From positions 1 to 61,470 of the forward strand of contig NW_021837033.1 in NCBI RefSeq assembly GCF_006345805.1: DNA of 61,470 nucleotides, read 5' to 3'. Below, piece by piece: positions 1 through 14,350 of the stretch. The notes beneath the pieces are model-generated. The model worked only from the letters and a program-made list of their open reading frames with translations. It did not search any database and had not been told where the DNA came from. The stretch's first letter is position 1; each line of letters begins with the position of its first letter. This DNA is from Octopus sinensis (taxonomy: Eukaryota). A program made the translations under genes and the position numbers.

Positions 1-324
1 GTAATGGTTGGTGGCAGCGAAAACTGGAGAGGATAGTGATGTGAATAGTTCACGTGATGGTAACAACGTTAGTGGAGACGATACACGCTCGCGCACACCA
101 CGCACACACGCACGCATACACGCACACACGCACACACACAAACACACACCACTGTGGTATGTATGTATGCAATATGTATATATATAGGCATACATATGTA
201 TATATATATATATAATATATATAATGTAATATGTATATATATTATATATTATGGTGTGTGGTATGTAGGTATATATATATCTTATAGCCATACATGTATA
301 TATAGGCATACATATGTATGTATT

Positions 325-386
<62 letters not shown>

Positions 387-1127
387 ATATATATAATATA
401 TGTGTGTGTGTGTATCCATATATCTATATATCTATATAATAACTGTATGTATCTATAGGCATACATATGTATGTATGTATATATATATATATATGTATAT
501 GCATATAAATTTAAAAATAAGGATAAAATCTTTATAAGAAATTTCAGTAGTTAGCGTGAAAAAACCTCGTAAGAGAAAAAATCTGTAAATTTTTTCAACT
601 TTGAAATACTTATTTATATTATATAGAGGGTACTATCTATATCATAGGTACCAGCATGCTAGGAGGGACTTTGCAGTCAAAACTACTAAAACAAAAAATT
701 GTACCGAATGCAAAACTTCAAAGCGAATCATTTAAAAACAGTATATGTATATATGTATATATATATATAGGCATACATATGTATATATATATGTGTGTGT
801 GTGGGGGGGGCGTGTGTGTGTGATGATAATGGTGTTGATGATAGTTGCTATAGTACTAATAGCTGTGATAGAAGTGGTAGTCGTAGTAGCGCTGGAGGTA
901 ATGATAGATATGGTTGAGTTGGAGGATGTTGCTGTAACGGTGGTGTTTTGATGGTGACTGAAGCCCTGATGTCAGTCATGGTGATAGAAGTGGAGTGATG
1001 GCGGTGGTAATGTGTTTTGGAGAGACTGATGCGGCTGAACTCGTCATTTTGTGGACTAAGGCGTAAGAGGAAACGCCCCACATTTCCGTCTCTACTAACC
1101 AGTAATGATAGTTTCAAATCTTGGTGT

Positions 1128-1515
1128 AGGGCCAGTAGTTTTTCAGGGAAGGGGGGAAGTCGATTATATCGATCCACTATTTGACTGGTACATACTTTAT
1201 AGTCTCCGAAAGGGTGAAAGGCAAAGCCTACCTCGGTGGAATTTGAACTCAGAGCGAAAAGTTGGACGAAATACTGCTAAGCATTTTTGTGCGGCGTGTT
1301 TACAATTCTGTCTGCTCGCCGTCCTTTCTATTATAGACACAAGGCTTGAAATTTTTGGGAAGGGGGCAAGTCGGTTACATCGTCTCCAGTGCTCAACTGG
1401 TACTTATTTTATCGACCCCGAAAGAATGAAAGGGAACACCAATCTCAACGGAAATTGAAATCAAGACGAAAAGTCGAACGAAATACAGCTAAGCATTCTG
1501 TCAGCTCGCCGCCTT
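1128..1515 (-). mobile_element. Two adjacent degenerate SINE-A (A2 tail) copies, tRNA-derived
   Basis: Reverse complement of the head (ggcgagctgacaga...gagttcaaattcc, B-box-like), the core tttgcctttcaccctttcgg...gtaccagt and the A2 tail (cccttccc...caagccttgtgtcta) occurs at about 1128-1324 and 1331-1515. It matches other copies in the window. Confidence 0.75.
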
Positions 1516-1524
1516 ATTACGCTC

Positions 1525-2112
1525 TGAGCACAGCATGGAAATGGTACAAACATGAAAACAGAGGGCGTCACTGAGAACAATGGATACAAGTTCTTGTGGG
1601 ATCTTACAATTCACGATGTGACTCCTTAATCGATACTCGGAGACCAGACATTATTATGGTGAATCAAGAAAAAGAAAGGAAACCAAGATCATAGATGTTG
1701 ACATACCTGGAGATGCACGCGTGGATGACAACGAGCAAAATGAAATTGCAAGAATGTGAGCAACGAGGAGAGTAACTGTCATTCCAGGAGTTTTAGGGGC
1801 ATTCTGAGCATTAATAACTAGGTTCCAGAAATATGTCGGAGGAATTGGAATTAACTTGAAGGCCAAGAAAGCCCCCCAAAACTGGTCTCTCGAGGACAGC
1901 TAGGATATTAAGATTGGTAATTGGGTGTTCAGTGTCTTCCACGATAAGTTAACATCCAACTCTCAAAGGTTGTAATGGGTGGACAGAGACGTTGTGAGAC
2001 ATCTGACGACAGGTTGCTGTCCGCTCCCCCAGAATGAGTCAGAGCAATTAAGATCGAGATCTCTGAGAAGTAAAATCATAACAACAACAACAACAATAAT
2101 AATAGTAATAAT
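1525..2112 (+). mobile_element. 5'-truncated, decayed R4/Dong-like non-LTR retrotransposon 3' end (RLE domain, 3' UTR, (AAC/AAT)n tail)
   Basis: Translation across stops and frameshifts gives KWYKHE..EGVTENNGYKFLWD..RRPDIIMV...KIIDVDIPGD...VTVIPGVLGA...GTARILR. This is the restriction-like endonuclease C-terminus typical of R4-clade elements and is homologous to the 38601 and 39515 copies. Confidence 0.8.
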
Positions 2113-2233
2113 GATTTCTTTTATTTGTCGGCAGGGCTGAGGATGAGTGGGGGCAATATAAAGATAAGTATCATGCATGAGGGTTTAGACATAGTGAAAA
2201 AAATGGGAAAATATATATATATATGTATGCGTG

Positions 2234-2264
<31 letters not shown>

Positions 2265-2502
2265 TGCGTGTGTGTGTGTGTGTAAATGTATATAATATAA
2301 CAAACGAAGGAAAAAAACGATTCCTTCAAAGGCGTGTAAAACATCCAATTCACTGGTGTGGAAGTTGAATACCAAAGAAGTAGGGGTATAGATAGGGGTA
2401 TAGATACGAATTGCAAATTATAAATTAAATAGAGAAATACAATTGCTAATCTAACACTCCGAAACAGCTGTATTTATCGGAGAAACAAAAAGAGAAGTCA
2501 CT

Positions 2503-2628
<126 letters not shown>

Positions 2629-2719
2629 GATAGATATGTCAATTGAAACGTACGTACCTACCTACGTACTTGCGTATCTGCCTGCCTACCTATTTAAATG
2701 CATATGCGTTTATACGTAG

Positions 2720-2759
<40 letters not shown>

Positions 2760-3321
2760 CACACACACACAAATGCGACCGTCAACTACACTGTTCCATC
2801 TACGAAGTTCACTCACAGAGGCATTGGCTGGTTCGGGGTTATAATAGAATATACCACGCGGTGGAATAGAACTCGAAAGCAAGGGATCGCAAAGCGAATG
2901 TCTTAACCGCTCATCCTCACAGCCATCCACACGTTTGGAACACAATAGAATGGCCGTTGAAAGGAAACGAACCAGTGCTCCATTTCCGGTTGTCAGTAAA
3001 GCACTTCAAATCGTGTGTATGTGAACTTCGCATCATCCTGACCGCCTCGAATGTTACGTTATATAAGAGAACAATGGACAGCAACTATGGAAGGACATCA
3101 ATGTAGTAACCACCACACCGCACAAGTATCAATAGACGCTACGTGTGATATATTGTCAAATATTTATTTCCGCACTATAATTACATCGTCATCCTTTCAT
3201 AATTCATCTCTGTTTCACAATGGTGCTAATAGATTTCATAGAAGATAGATTGTCGTATTAGAGTGTGTGTGTGTGTATGTGTGTGTGTATGTGTGCGTCT
3301 CTCTCCCTTTCTACCTCTCTC

Positions 3322-3329
<8 letters not shown>

Positions 3330-3377
<48 letters not shown>

Positions 3378-3427
3378 GTGTGTGTGTATAAATATATCAG
3401 TATATATGTATAATAACATATATATGT

Positions 3428-3476
<49 letters not shown>

Positions 3477-3697
3477 TGCATACGTTTAAATGCATATACA
3501 TATGTATATATATATATAGTATATATAAATATATATATACATATATATGTGTGCAAATATGTATATATATATGCATATATATATATATATATACATAAAT
3601 ATTTATATATATATATATACACACACACATATATATACACATATTTATATTCATGCATACGTTTTAAATGCATATACATATATATTATATATATATA

Positions 3698-3734
<37 letters not shown>

Positions 3735-4035
3735 TATATATATATATAGTATATATATATATACACATATATATGTGTGTAAATATGTATATATATACAT
3801 ATATATACATAAATATTTTTATATACATACACACACATATATATTACATCTATATACATGCATATATATATATATATATATATATAAACGCACACACAGA
3901 CGTATATATACAATTAACGTAATATATATATACATACATATAAATATATGTATATGCATATGTATAGATACATATATATGCACACGCATATATATGTATG
4001 TGTGTGTCTATATACATATATATATATCTATCTGC

Positions 4036-4099
<64 letters not shown>

Positions 4100-4151
4100 A
4101 TCTATCTATCTATACATACATACATACATACTACATATATATATATATATA

Positions 4152-4192
<41 letters not shown>

Positions 4193-4260
4193 CATACTCA
4201 TATATACATATATATATATGCATGTACATACACTACAGACCACAAGTATACACATATAGA
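3330..4260. repeat. Compound (TA)n/(CA)n/(TATC)n microsatellite with an internal ~175-bp duplication
   Basis: tattcatgcatacgttt(t)aaatgcatatacata occurs at about 3472 and 3648, inside TA tracts. Confidence 0.85.
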
Positions 4261-4989
4261 TACGCTGACATAACGCATATATCAGTTACTCACGCAGGAA
4301 TTCACATATTTGTGGAACTGACGACTGAAACGAAAACGCTTTGTCATTTAGTTGGTCGTCATCATCATCCTCATCATCATCATCATCATCAGCGTCACAG
4401 CCGCCATGTCTCACGGCCCACCACCACCACCACCACCATCACTCCCACAATGCAATTTACTCGCATGATCATCATGATCTCCATCTCTCACACTGTCGTC
4501 ACCACCACCACCACCACCACCACTACCCTCATCGCTATCATCCTTCATTAAGACCCCCACCCACGCCGCCGTATCTTAATATCCTCTCATGATGTGAGAA
4601 GACATCGAGTTGTTAGCAGCATTAGTTGGACACAATAAGCCGATTATAGGTGTTGATTCCATTTAGTTGAAGCTTTTGAATTCGAACCTCGGCTCCGTTC
4701 TTTCTGCCTTTCATCCATTTCCAAAGAACGTTGATGGTAGACAGGTAGGTTGCTAAAATACCTTAGCGTAATACACAACTAATGACCGAGTCGCTTTATT
4801 TCTTTCTCTAAGGAAACCGACGTCTCGAAGAAAACACTTATATGCTTTCTCTGATTAACAGCCTAGTGTCTCCTCTTCAATATATTTTATATTAATGGAA
4901 GGAACCGATCGTCATGGCTATGAATATTATCACCATGGCTGTAATAATATCATAAGAATATCGCTTTTTAATAAACCAGAATAATCAAC

Positions 4990-5088
<99 letters not shown>

Positions 5089-5589
5089 GATCTATCTGTC
5101 TGTCTATCAGTCTTTCTGTCTGTCTACCTGCCTGTCTGCCTGCCTGCTTGTCTGCCTGCTTGCCTGCCTGTCTTTGTATATCTGTCTATAATCCTTATGC
5201 GCGCACACACACACGCATGCACACATACATACATACGACCACCATAAATATACATATTCATCAATATATCACGAAAATCAATGTCTGCTATCAATACATC
5301 TATCATCAATATACATTTCCGACGCCACCATCACCATCACCATCATTAGCACCAGTGCCTGCACCACCACCACCAACAACAACAGCATCATCACCATCAT
5401 CGTCGTGGTTGTTAGTTTTCTAGGTTCTCCACCCGTGTCATTTCATGTTTAGGATATAAAACATTCTCAATAACTCTGAGAAACTCCAAGACATCCACCC
5501 TCAAGTTGGAAGGAAGCAGGGTTACATGCCATTTCCCACCGGGAATTTGTGGATTCTATGGTAACAACTTTCAGTTCTCAATACCTTCA

Positions 5590-6085
5590 TGTATCAGGAA
5601 GGACAATATAAAATATTGCCCACGAAGACATCGGGTACAACAAGTCTTATGTGATGAGATGAGGTAAATTCATTTCAGAAATATATCAAAGGAAAATCGT
5701 TTGATCAGATTTAAAAGGCTTTTAACCAAAGGACATGACATGATTTGATTTTTCTCAGGTGAGAAAAACTTTGACAAAGACCAGAAGATTAACAGAAAAA
5801 AAAAATGACAAATCGTTATGTTCACATCCTTCTGAATTTCCAACAGTCACGCATATAAACTTTCCTGCAATTGTCGTGACTTTTGGAGTTGTCAGCAATG
5901 AAAGACATATGATGCTTCCTCACCTCTTTCCAGAAGGTTTAGAGTAAACTCTGTTTGCTACATTGAGGTCCTGGAAACAGTGGTCAAGCCCCGGGTAGAG
6001 TACTCAATGAAAGGCAGGACTCTGTGCCATTGCATAAGGCTCAAGTAACCCAAGAATGGATGACTGAAATTTTCATTAAAAGTTT
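5590..6085 (+). pseudogene. Decayed Tc1/mariner transposase, maT (DD37D)-like
   Basis: Frameshifted translation HEDIGY-KSYVMR*GKFISE...MI*FFSGEKNFDKDQKINRK-NDKSLCSHPSEFPTVTHINFPAIVVTFGVVSNERHMMLPHLFPEGL-VNSVCYIEVLETVVKP...QDSVPLHKAQVTQEWM follows the FSDEKNF...QQDSAP layout of this family. No TIR pair found. Confidence 0.8.
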
Positions 6086-6312
6086 CATTGCTGACAAGAT
6101 GTTTTTCAAATTCATAATTCTAAATCTTTAGCACTGATAAAGAAAAAAACATTGTTGAAACTAGTTTGACATTTATGTAAATAAATTTATTTTAAACAAT
6201 TACAAGTTTTTCAAATTTAGGTGCATTTTCAACAACAAATTTGCCTATATTTTTTCCTGCGCGGAAATACATCCCCTCTTTTGTGATATATATTATATTA
6301 TATTATATTATA

Positions 6313-7113
6313 TTAGCAGTATCGCCCGGCGTTGCTCGGGTTTGTAGGGGAAATAACTATAAAGCATTTTTAGAGAGTTATAGCCAAAAAATAGCAAAAA
6401 AATGCATTAAAAATGGAAAAATATGATGGTAATTTTTTTTTTAAATCGTTGACTCATCGTAGACATTTTTAGAGAGTTTCTTCCCTTATATAATAGCGAA
6501 AAAATGCATTAAAATGGAAAAAAATGATGGTAAATTTTTTTTAAAATCGTTACTCATCGTAGACATTTTTAGAGAGTTTCTTCCCTTATATAATAGCGAA
6601 AAAATGCATTAAAATGGAAAAAAATGATGGTAAATTTTTTTTAAATCGTTGACTCATCGTAGACAGTTTTAGAGAGTTTCTTCCCTATATAATAGCGAAA
6701 AAATGCATTAAAATGGAAAAAAATGATGGTAAATTTTTTTTAAATCGTTGACTCATCGTAGACCTTTTTAGAGAGTTTCTTCCCTTTATATATAGCGAAA
6801 AAATGCATTAAAATGGAAAAAATGATGGTAAATTTTTTTTAAATCGTTGACTCATCGTAGAACATTTTTAGAGAGTTTCTTCCTTATATAATACCGAAAA
6901 AATGCATTAAAATGGAAAAAAATGATGGTAAATTTTTTTTTTAAATCGTAGACTCATCGTAGACGCGCGCTAATACCCAGAAGGGCTCGATATGAATCAC
7001 GACTATAAGATACCCAGTTTTGGTTAAACTGCACCGAAAAATGTGGGAGTAGTTAGGAATCTAAATCGGAGTAGACAGACACCACACAACCTCACTTTTG
7101 TATATAAAGAAGA
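6313..7113 (-). mobile_element. Non-autonomous Helitron with an internal ~100-bp tandem array
   Basis: On the minus strand it starts A|TC (7113) and ends with the hairpin CCCGAGCAACGCCGGG then CTAA|T (6313). Both ends and the body match the shorter copy at 59667-59960. Confidence 0.8.
6360..6960. repeat. ~100-bp tandem repeat, about 6 units, inside the Helitron
   Basis: atcgt(t)gactcatcgtagac recurs at 6445, 6546, 6645, 6744, 6843 and 6945. Confidence 0.92.
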
Positions 7114-8139
7114 TATTATAAATATTTATATGTGTGAACATGAGCGAGTCTATTATTGAGTCTATATTTTGGGTTCAGTTTTTAACTTTTATTTCATAAA
7201 TTTTCTTATTTCTTATTCTGTTTTGGAAAAATAAAGTAGCACCGTGATTTTTTTGTCTGGGACAATAAAATCGCGAGGTCCATCGGCGTTAAAAGGCCGC
7301 TTTAGTCTTATTTTCCGGATGAAAGGATTTCATTGGTGGGTTGCGCGTGATTGCTCGTTATTGTCGTTTTACATTGAAAGCAACAAACAGAAAAATCTAA
7401 TGTTGAATCTGTTTCGCATTCCTTAACGACCGACTTTAATATGGTTTCATAGTTTTACGTCTGGTTTCTCTCATAATCAGAAAATTACGCAGCCATTTTG
7501 TTCTGTTTTAGTTTGTTGCTTAGGCGTGTTGCTTTCTTTGTATTATAACTTGCATGACTAATCTCCTAGATTTTATGTTTGTCTTTGAGATGGAAATTCT
7601 GTACAAATAGTAGTAGTCTCAATTAGCGTTTTTCGATGTAGCTTTGTTTTTTGTTTCATGATATAGTGTATTGTAATTTTTTTTTTATATTTGCTGATGC
7701 AGAGTCATTTTACGAGAAGTGTTGGTAATTTTAATAATACAACGCTTAAAATCATGAACTTTACAATTACCAAACAGGCAAAGGAACTTGTGATGTATGC
7801 TGTTCACCTAGATTTTTATATCACTATCAGCATTATTTTGGAATATTTATGGTCACAGCATTAGGAATTTTGCTTCAGAAAAACGTGGTTTCAGGTTCTA
7901 TCCCACTACACAGGAGGCCTATTAGAAGCAACCGAATTACACTCTTAGGCTGGATTCTGAAGCTTGACCAACTGAGACTATAGACATGAGGCAACCATCT
8001 CTTTCCTTGTCCACTCCCTAGGTCTCCTGCTGGTTAGCTCGGCTTGGGGGAATTCGTCTTGCGATTTCTTCTTCTCTGCGAGAATCTTAGTCCGTTCACC
8101 AAATATTTGACGCTGCTGTACAAGATTGTTTTATACAAG

Positions 8140-8181
<42 letters not shown>

Positions 8182-8349
8182 TATATATATATATATATAT
8201 GACTCTCATGTATGTGTAATATATCAATACATATAAATACATACATATATATATATATATATAATATATATATATATATATTATATATACATACATTATA
8301 TATATATATTATATATTATATATATATTATTATATATATAATGTATATA

Positions 8350-8730
8350 GGCGAGCGGTAGAAAACGTAGCACGTGGACGAAATGCTTAGCGGTATTTCA
8401 TCTGTCGCTACGTTCTCAGTTCAAATTCCGCCGAGGTCGACTTTGCCTTTCATCCTTTCGGGGTCGATTAAATAAGTACCGGTTACGCACTGGGGGCGAT
8501 ATAATCGACTTTATCCGTTTGTCTGTCCTTGTTTGTCCTCTCTGTGTTTAGCCCCTTGTGGGTAGTAAAGAAATAGGTATTTCGTCTGCCGCTATGTTCT
8601 GAGTTCAAATTCCACTTTGCCTGTCATCCTTTTGGGATCGATAAATCAAGTACCAGTTGAGTACTGGAGGCGATGTAATCGATTATACCCCGCCACCAAA
8701 TTCCAGGTCTTGTACCTATAGTCGAAAGGA
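8350..8730 (+). mobile_element. SINE-A dimer (full A1 unit plus a headless unit with A2 tail)
   Basis: Head and B-box gttcaaattcc, core, A1 tail, then junction aaatag|gtatttcg at 8571-8585 restarting the body. Confidence 0.85.
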
Positions 8731-9188
8731 TGTATATATATGCATAAATATACACGCAGTCAGTTTTGAGAAAATTTTCAGAATCTTTCGAATCATCCCC
8801 GACATGTATACTACCTATCACGTGAAGGTCATGACATCCTACTTAACAGCTCGGGAACCACAAATCTAATAAATAAATTAATTAATAATACGCATTGTTG
8901 AGAAGGAAACATTAGCTTAATTATTAATATAAATTTAATCAGAACTTGGCAAGTATGGTCGGCAGCACATTGTATCCAATGGGATTCGCATCTCTCCGAA
9001 AACCCGCTGCGAAACCATGGTGTCCAGTTAATGGTAGAATCACAAAATATTCTCAGTGGATGCCATACGCGCACGTACTTGTGGGGGAGGTAAAAAGAGA
9101 GCTTCTATTCGGTCGCTTGTTAGGAATAGTTGCTCAGTGATCGTCACACACCGTTTACCTCTTGAATGTCTCTACATGCACATATTAT

Positions 9189-9232
<44 letters not shown>

Positions 9233-9236
9233 ATGC

Positions 9237-9267
<31 letters not shown>

Positions 9268-9311
9268 CGTGTGTGTGCGCGTGTGTGTGTGTATATATAC
9301 ATACATGCATG

Positions 9312-9347
<36 letters not shown>

Positions 9348-9880
9348 CGTGTGTGTGTGTGTGTGTATATATACATACATACATGCATGTATATATATAT
9401 ATATTTTATATATACCATACACACACATATGTAAGAGTGTTTTATATATATCATATATATATATATATATATAATATATATATATATAAACAATAATAAA
9501 TCTCAGAGCGAGTTACAAATTACAGTAGCATCCACCCTTAGGGGGTAGCCATATTTAAATAGCAAATATACGTCAGTATATATATATATCTATATATATA
9601 TATATTAATATATATAATATATATATATATATATAGATATATATATATATATTATTATATATATATATAATACCTGTATATGACATCTTGTGAATTTATG
9701 GGATTTCTTTCCATATATTCGCAGCACACCATAAACAAATATTTTCATATTCGCAATTTTACGCCAGCAAGCTACCAGCAAAATATGAAGAATCTATATT
9801 AGAAATGTGTTTTTTGGTAGCCTCCAAATTAAAGGAGGAATCTAAGTCAACTATTTTACACAGAGACACACGCACACACA

Positions 9881-10116
9881 CATCATTGGTCACAATGCGC
9901 TTCTCGTTGTTTTAGCCTTCAAATGACGTCTCCCCTCCTGATGGCTAAGCGAGCAGGTCAACAGAAGAAAGAGTGAGAGAAAGTTGTGGCGAAAGAGTAC
10001 AGCAGGGATCGCTCCCACCATCAGGAGCGTCGTGGAGCGTTTGGTGTTTCGATCACAACGCTCGATCCTACAACTGCGAGTCTGCTACCCTAGCCACTGG
10101 GCCATTGCGCCTCCAC
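9881..10116 (-). mobile_element. SINE-C (tRNA-Arg-like head) with tail type C2, internally deleted
   Basis: Ends in ccactgggccattgcgcctccac (reverse complement of the head). The tail gctaagcgagcagg...cacaatgcg is shared with 58907-59204. Confidence 0.85.
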
Positions 10117-10205
10117 ATATGTATATATATATATATGTGTGTGTGTGTCAGTGTGTGTGTGTGTGTGTATGCATGTATATATATATAATATATGTATGTA
10201 TATAC

Positions 10206-10237
<32 letters not shown>

Positions 10238-10367
10238 TATATATGAATATTTTTCTGTATGAATAATATTTTGTCTAATAACTAATTCGTCTTTTGTGCT
10301 GGGCCACTGGTAGTAATCTATATTATACCCTTTGTTTATATATTATATATATATATATATATTTGTA

Positions 10368-10398
<31 letters not shown>

Positions 10399-10849
10399 GA
10401 GAGAAAGGTTAGGTGAGAAATATACGCATATACTACCACAACACTTCTGGCTGCGTGCATGCATGTATATGCATATGAATATATGAATATGTGAGTGTGC
10501 GTGCGCATCTACCTTGCGAGGTGTGAATTTTCTGTAACTCTGTGTAGCCTTTGTGTCCGTGTGTCCGTGTGTCCGTGTGTCTTATATCAATGATCCGTCA
10601 TTAATATTTAAACACTCCCTAATTCCAAACAATGACACCATTGTATCTGCAACAGATCTAATTAGCAAAGGCATCTATATGCAGCAGGAACTGCACAGCT
10701 GCATACAAATGCGCATCACCATCAGCAGAAGTAGCAGCAAAAGCAACAGCAACAACAACAATAATAACAAGGTGTCTGTATTTCAGATGACCAAAACTGT
10801 CCGATGTGTGATTAGTGAACGAAGAAGAATGGCAACAGCATGAAAAATC

Positions 10850-10889
<40 letters not shown>

Positions 10890-10954
10890 CAACAGCAGCA
10901 GCAGCAGCAACTGCAGCAACAACAACAACAACAGCAATTACAAGAATAATAATA

Positions 10955-11340
10955 TTGGCTTCGAATTTTGGCACAAGGTGAGCAACTGTGGCATGGGCGC
11001 AATTCGATTACCTCCACCCCCAGTGCTCCACCGGTACGCATCTTATCGAACCCCCGGAGGGATAAAAGGCAAAGTCGACTTCGGCGGAATTTGAACTCAG
11101 TATGTGAAGACGGACGAACTGCCGCTATGCAATTTATCCGGCGTCTTAACGATTCTACCAGCTCGGTAATAATCTTTCCTCCTATAGGTACAGGATCTGA
11201 AACTTGTGGGGAGGGGTCTAGTCGATTATATCGACCCCAGTGCGTAACTGGTACTTAATTTATCGACCCAGGAATTTGATAACCGGTACTTATTTTATCG
11301 ACGGAGGAATTTGAACTCAGAGCGTAAAGACAGACGATAG
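10955..11340 (-). mobile_element. Two SINE-A (A2 tail) copies, the second rearranged
   Basis: ggcaaagtcgacttcggcggaatttgaactcag and tcgaccccagtgcgtaactggtacttaatttatcgacc motifs. Confidence 0.8.
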
Positions 11341-11946
11341 ATCCCAATACTGAACTAGGAATTTATATTGTTGACCCTTGAACAATGAGAAGAATAGATG
11401 GCCTCAGCAAGAATTGAACTCAGAACGTGATAGATAGATAGATATGTATGTATAAGAGACAGGCTGGCCAAGGGCGTTAAACTTTTATAGATCTATTCGG
11501 TGAGAAACGATCTGGAAGTTTAAAAATCCCACCAAACCAATAAAAGCATTAATAATAACAATAATGATAAGAAGAAAAATATCGACGATAAACCGAGAAT
11601 GCAATAAGTCGTCCATATTGTAAAGTATACAAATTAGTGACAGAGAAAGAATATGATTTAAGATTTTCTTCTAGCTGTTATTGTTGATGTTTATTGTTTG
11701 AATGTTGGAAATATAATAACACATTTTAGAAACAGTATGTAGAAGACAAAACTCGAAAAGATCGAAGCGAAGAAGAAGACAGAATGAAGACTGAATGAAA
11801 TAGATAAAAAGAAAGAAAAGAATTTATATATATATATATATATATACGTACACACAGTATTGATATTTATTAGAAATAGAGAATGAAAGAAGATACAAAA
11901 AAGTATGAATACACATACATATACATACACCTACACGTGTATATAT

Positions 11947-11977
<31 letters not shown>

Positions 11978-12024
11978 CATACACCTACACGTGTATAATA
12001 TATATATATATATGTATAGATATA

Positions 12025-12071
<47 letters not shown>

Positions 12072-12634
12072 TAATATGTGCATATATATATATATTATAT
12101 ATATGTATGTATGCATGTATGTAAATAGGTATATACATCAAAATGAATACATAAAGTAAAAACTACGAAACAGTGTCTTGGAAATGTCTATGTGAAAAAA
12201 TATTACAAAAAAACAACTGGAAAAGCCAGAAAGATAAGGTCAACAGGGATTGAAATTGAGATATAAATTAGATTTGTAGAGGAAGGCATTTCAAAATGAG
12301 ATGACCTGCGTAAAGAATTCGATTTTATTAATCAATAGGAACGTAGGAAACGGAAAAAAAAGTAGCAGAAACTGAAAGGAAAGAATTGAAATGATAAAAG
12401 ACAAACAAACAAACAAAAAAAAAATAATATAAGGGGAGTGATTTGAAAATATGGCGAATGGGAAAGGAAAGGGCGAGAGAAAAGGATGGGGGGTGAGAGA
12501 GGGGTAGTTGAAGAGACAGAGAGAAAGAACTGAAATTTATTGTCAGGACGGTCTCTATTGTAACAATGTGTCTGGAGGAATTGTCAGTTTTGGATAATTG
12601 GATAAATAATTTATATCTATGTATCTTCCGTATT

Positions 12635-12714
12635 CTTGTATGTATGTATGTATGTATGTATGTATGCATGCATGCATGTATGTATGTCTGTATGTGTGTA
12701 TGTGTGTATGTGTG

Positions 12715-12748
<34 letters not shown>

Positions 12749-12795
12749 CTATCTATCTATCTATCTACCTATCTATCAATCTATCTATGTATCCG

Positions 12796-12856
<61 letters not shown>

Positions 12857-12857
12857 C

Positions 12858-12888
<31 letters not shown>

Positions 12889-12897
12889 CTCTCTCTA

Positions 12898-12929
<32 letters not shown>

Positions 12930-13110
12930 CACATATATATATATATATCATATATTACACACACACACATATATATATATATTACATATATATTTATGTG
13001 ATACATAGACACACACACGCACATACACACACACATATATATATACATATATACAGAAAGAGAGACAGACAGACAGACAGAAAGACAGACAGAGACAGAG
13101 AGATAGAGAG
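12635..13110. repeat. Compound (TATG)n/(TATC)n/(TC)n/(TA)n microsatellite
   Basis: Direct reading; source of the 12566-13177 pseudo-ORFs. Confidence 0.9.
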
Positions 13111-13687
13111 ATATTTAACATACATGTATATATTTACGTATTTAAGTATATGTGCATATACATGTGCACACACGTAAATGCACAAATACTTTACACATTT
13201 ATATATATTTGTATATATGTAAATATAAATATGCATATTTATATATACATTTGAATATACATGCGTATACATATTTATGGATCGATATATATTTAAATAC
13301 AGGCTTATATATGCACGTTATACCTATGTGTGTGTGTGTGTGTGTGCGTAGGTTGATAAGAAGAACACAAAAATTAAAAATAAACAAAATAAGACAAAAA
13401 GAAATCATTTGAATCGTGCGTCGTTTACTAAGAAATATATCATTCCTTGTGTTTGGAACGAAGTCGAAAGTTTCGACATATCGTTTCTCATTTTTACATT
13501 CGATTCCAGCTTCAGACGTCTTTGAATTCTTCCAAAAGATTAAAAACATTAAAAAAAGTGAAAGATGCATCAATAGTTTACAACACTTAAATATAATTCT
13601 AAAAAAAAAAACAAAAAAAATCAAGAAAAAAAAAACAATTCATATTTATTACCATTTTGTTCAATTATGTATTTCTGTTATATTGTA

Positions 13688-13689
13688 GA

Positions 13690-13757
<68 letters not shown>

Positions 13758-13801
13758 CATCATTATTGTCACTATTATTATTATTATTATTATTATTATT
13801 A

Positions 13802-13853
<52 letters not shown>

Positions 13854-13860
13854 CATTATA
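13688..13860. repeat. (ATT)n microsatellite
   Basis: Direct reading. Confidence 0.95.
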
Positions 13861-14350
13861 GAATTTTTGTTATTATAGATTTTTTTTTGTTTGTTTTTTG
13901 TTATTCTTTCGACTCCATGGCATTATGTCAATCTGCTGGAATTCAAAATGACATGTTTTGCATCGAAGTTTCTTTTCTTTCTATAATTGAATGCTGTTGC
14001 TTGAAGAATTTTAATATCGTTTCGGAAACATTAAATACGTCAAAAATTTGTTGTTCATAAATAATTTTCAATGGTATTTTAACTTGTCGACCAGATCTGG
14101 TAATATATTACATTAAGAAGAAAATAAGCTATGGCGCCCAGAAGATATCACTTCGATGCAATTCCACCTCTCCTTATTATCTGACCCCCATTACATATTC
14201 AGTCGCCGGATAATTCATATTTTCACTGTTTTATATATTATGTATAGATTATATATTTTATGTATATCATTTTTGGCTAATACTATGGAAATACTTTAAA
14301 TTTACTATCCCAGTACTTGATGTCAACTATTTATATACTTTTTATAAAGA

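Noticed and set aside
3547-4551. 334-aa ORF and the many similar YI/HT/CV-rich ORFs
   Set aside because: Translations of TA, CA and TATC microsatellites, which lack stops in some frames.
8943-9089. 147-bp in-frame candidate exon (cag|aacttg...gag|gtaaaa)
   Set aside because: The acceptor lacks a pyrimidine tract and the peptide is unrecognised; not supportable without expression data.
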